A stretch of 37,772 nucleotides of DNA from an uncultured Eubacteriales bacterium (GTDB taxonomy: Bacteria; Bacillota; Clostridia; Oscillospirales; Acutalibacteraceae): contig ONHJ01000002.1 of the NCBI GenBank assembly GCA_900317595.1, forward strand, positions 1-37,772, given 5' to 3'. Shown here piece by piece: positions 37,681-37,772 of the stretch (its first letter is position 1; every line of letters begins with the position of its first letter). A program made the position numbers and the translations under genes. The notes under the pieces were generated by a model that saw only the letters and a program-made list of their open reading frames with translations, was not told the DNA's origin and made no database searches.

Positions 37681-37772
37681 ATGTCAGTAAAAGTTGCAAT
37701 TAACGGCTTCGGCCGTATCGGACGTTTGGCTTTCCGTCAGATGTTCGGCGCAGAGGGTTATGAGGTTGTTGC
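37681..37772 (+). CDS. gap: Glyceraldehyde-3-phosphate dehydrogenase, type I (5' partial, runs off the window)
   Basis: [30 protein letters not shown] after AGGAGG. Confidence 0.95.
   Translation, partial: MSVKVAINGFGRIGRLAFRQMFGAEGYEVV

Overview
Chromosomal window from a spore-forming, moderately GC-rich Clostridia-like bacterium (Oscillospiraceae/Ruminococcaceae-like; inferred from spmAB, ECF S-components, SAM-I/THF riboswitches and rny). Most of it is housekeeping: rpe, rlmB, spmAB, metK, ribU/folT-type ECF S-components, an nrtR-pncA-nadE-pncB NAD salvage operon, an ABC exporter, rny and the start of gap. Main candidate for an undescribed system: a tightly coupled 7-gene minus-strand operon (12653-21181) that joins a complete sigma-less partner-switching module (membrane PP2C phosphatase, RsbW-like kinase, STAS protein) to a stand-alone A-T-C NRPS-like enzyme with an atypical A domain, a tail-anchored type-B carboxylesterase and a Bax-inhibitor/YccA-like membrane protein. 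An Sfp-type PPTase lies about 8 kb away. Second: an unannotated type I toxin-antitoxin-like module (24-aa hydrophobic peptide plus convergent antisense RNA, 10383-10706). Its 88-bp promoter end is duplicated and fused onto the 3' remnant of an FMN riboswitch upstream of ribU. Also present: a catalytically degenerate P1B-ATPase-like protein, a triple-lesion alanine symporter pseudogene, a NUDIX protein with an extra N-terminal domain, REP-like palindromes and a long structured rny leader. All calls come from reading motifs by eye; no database searches were run.
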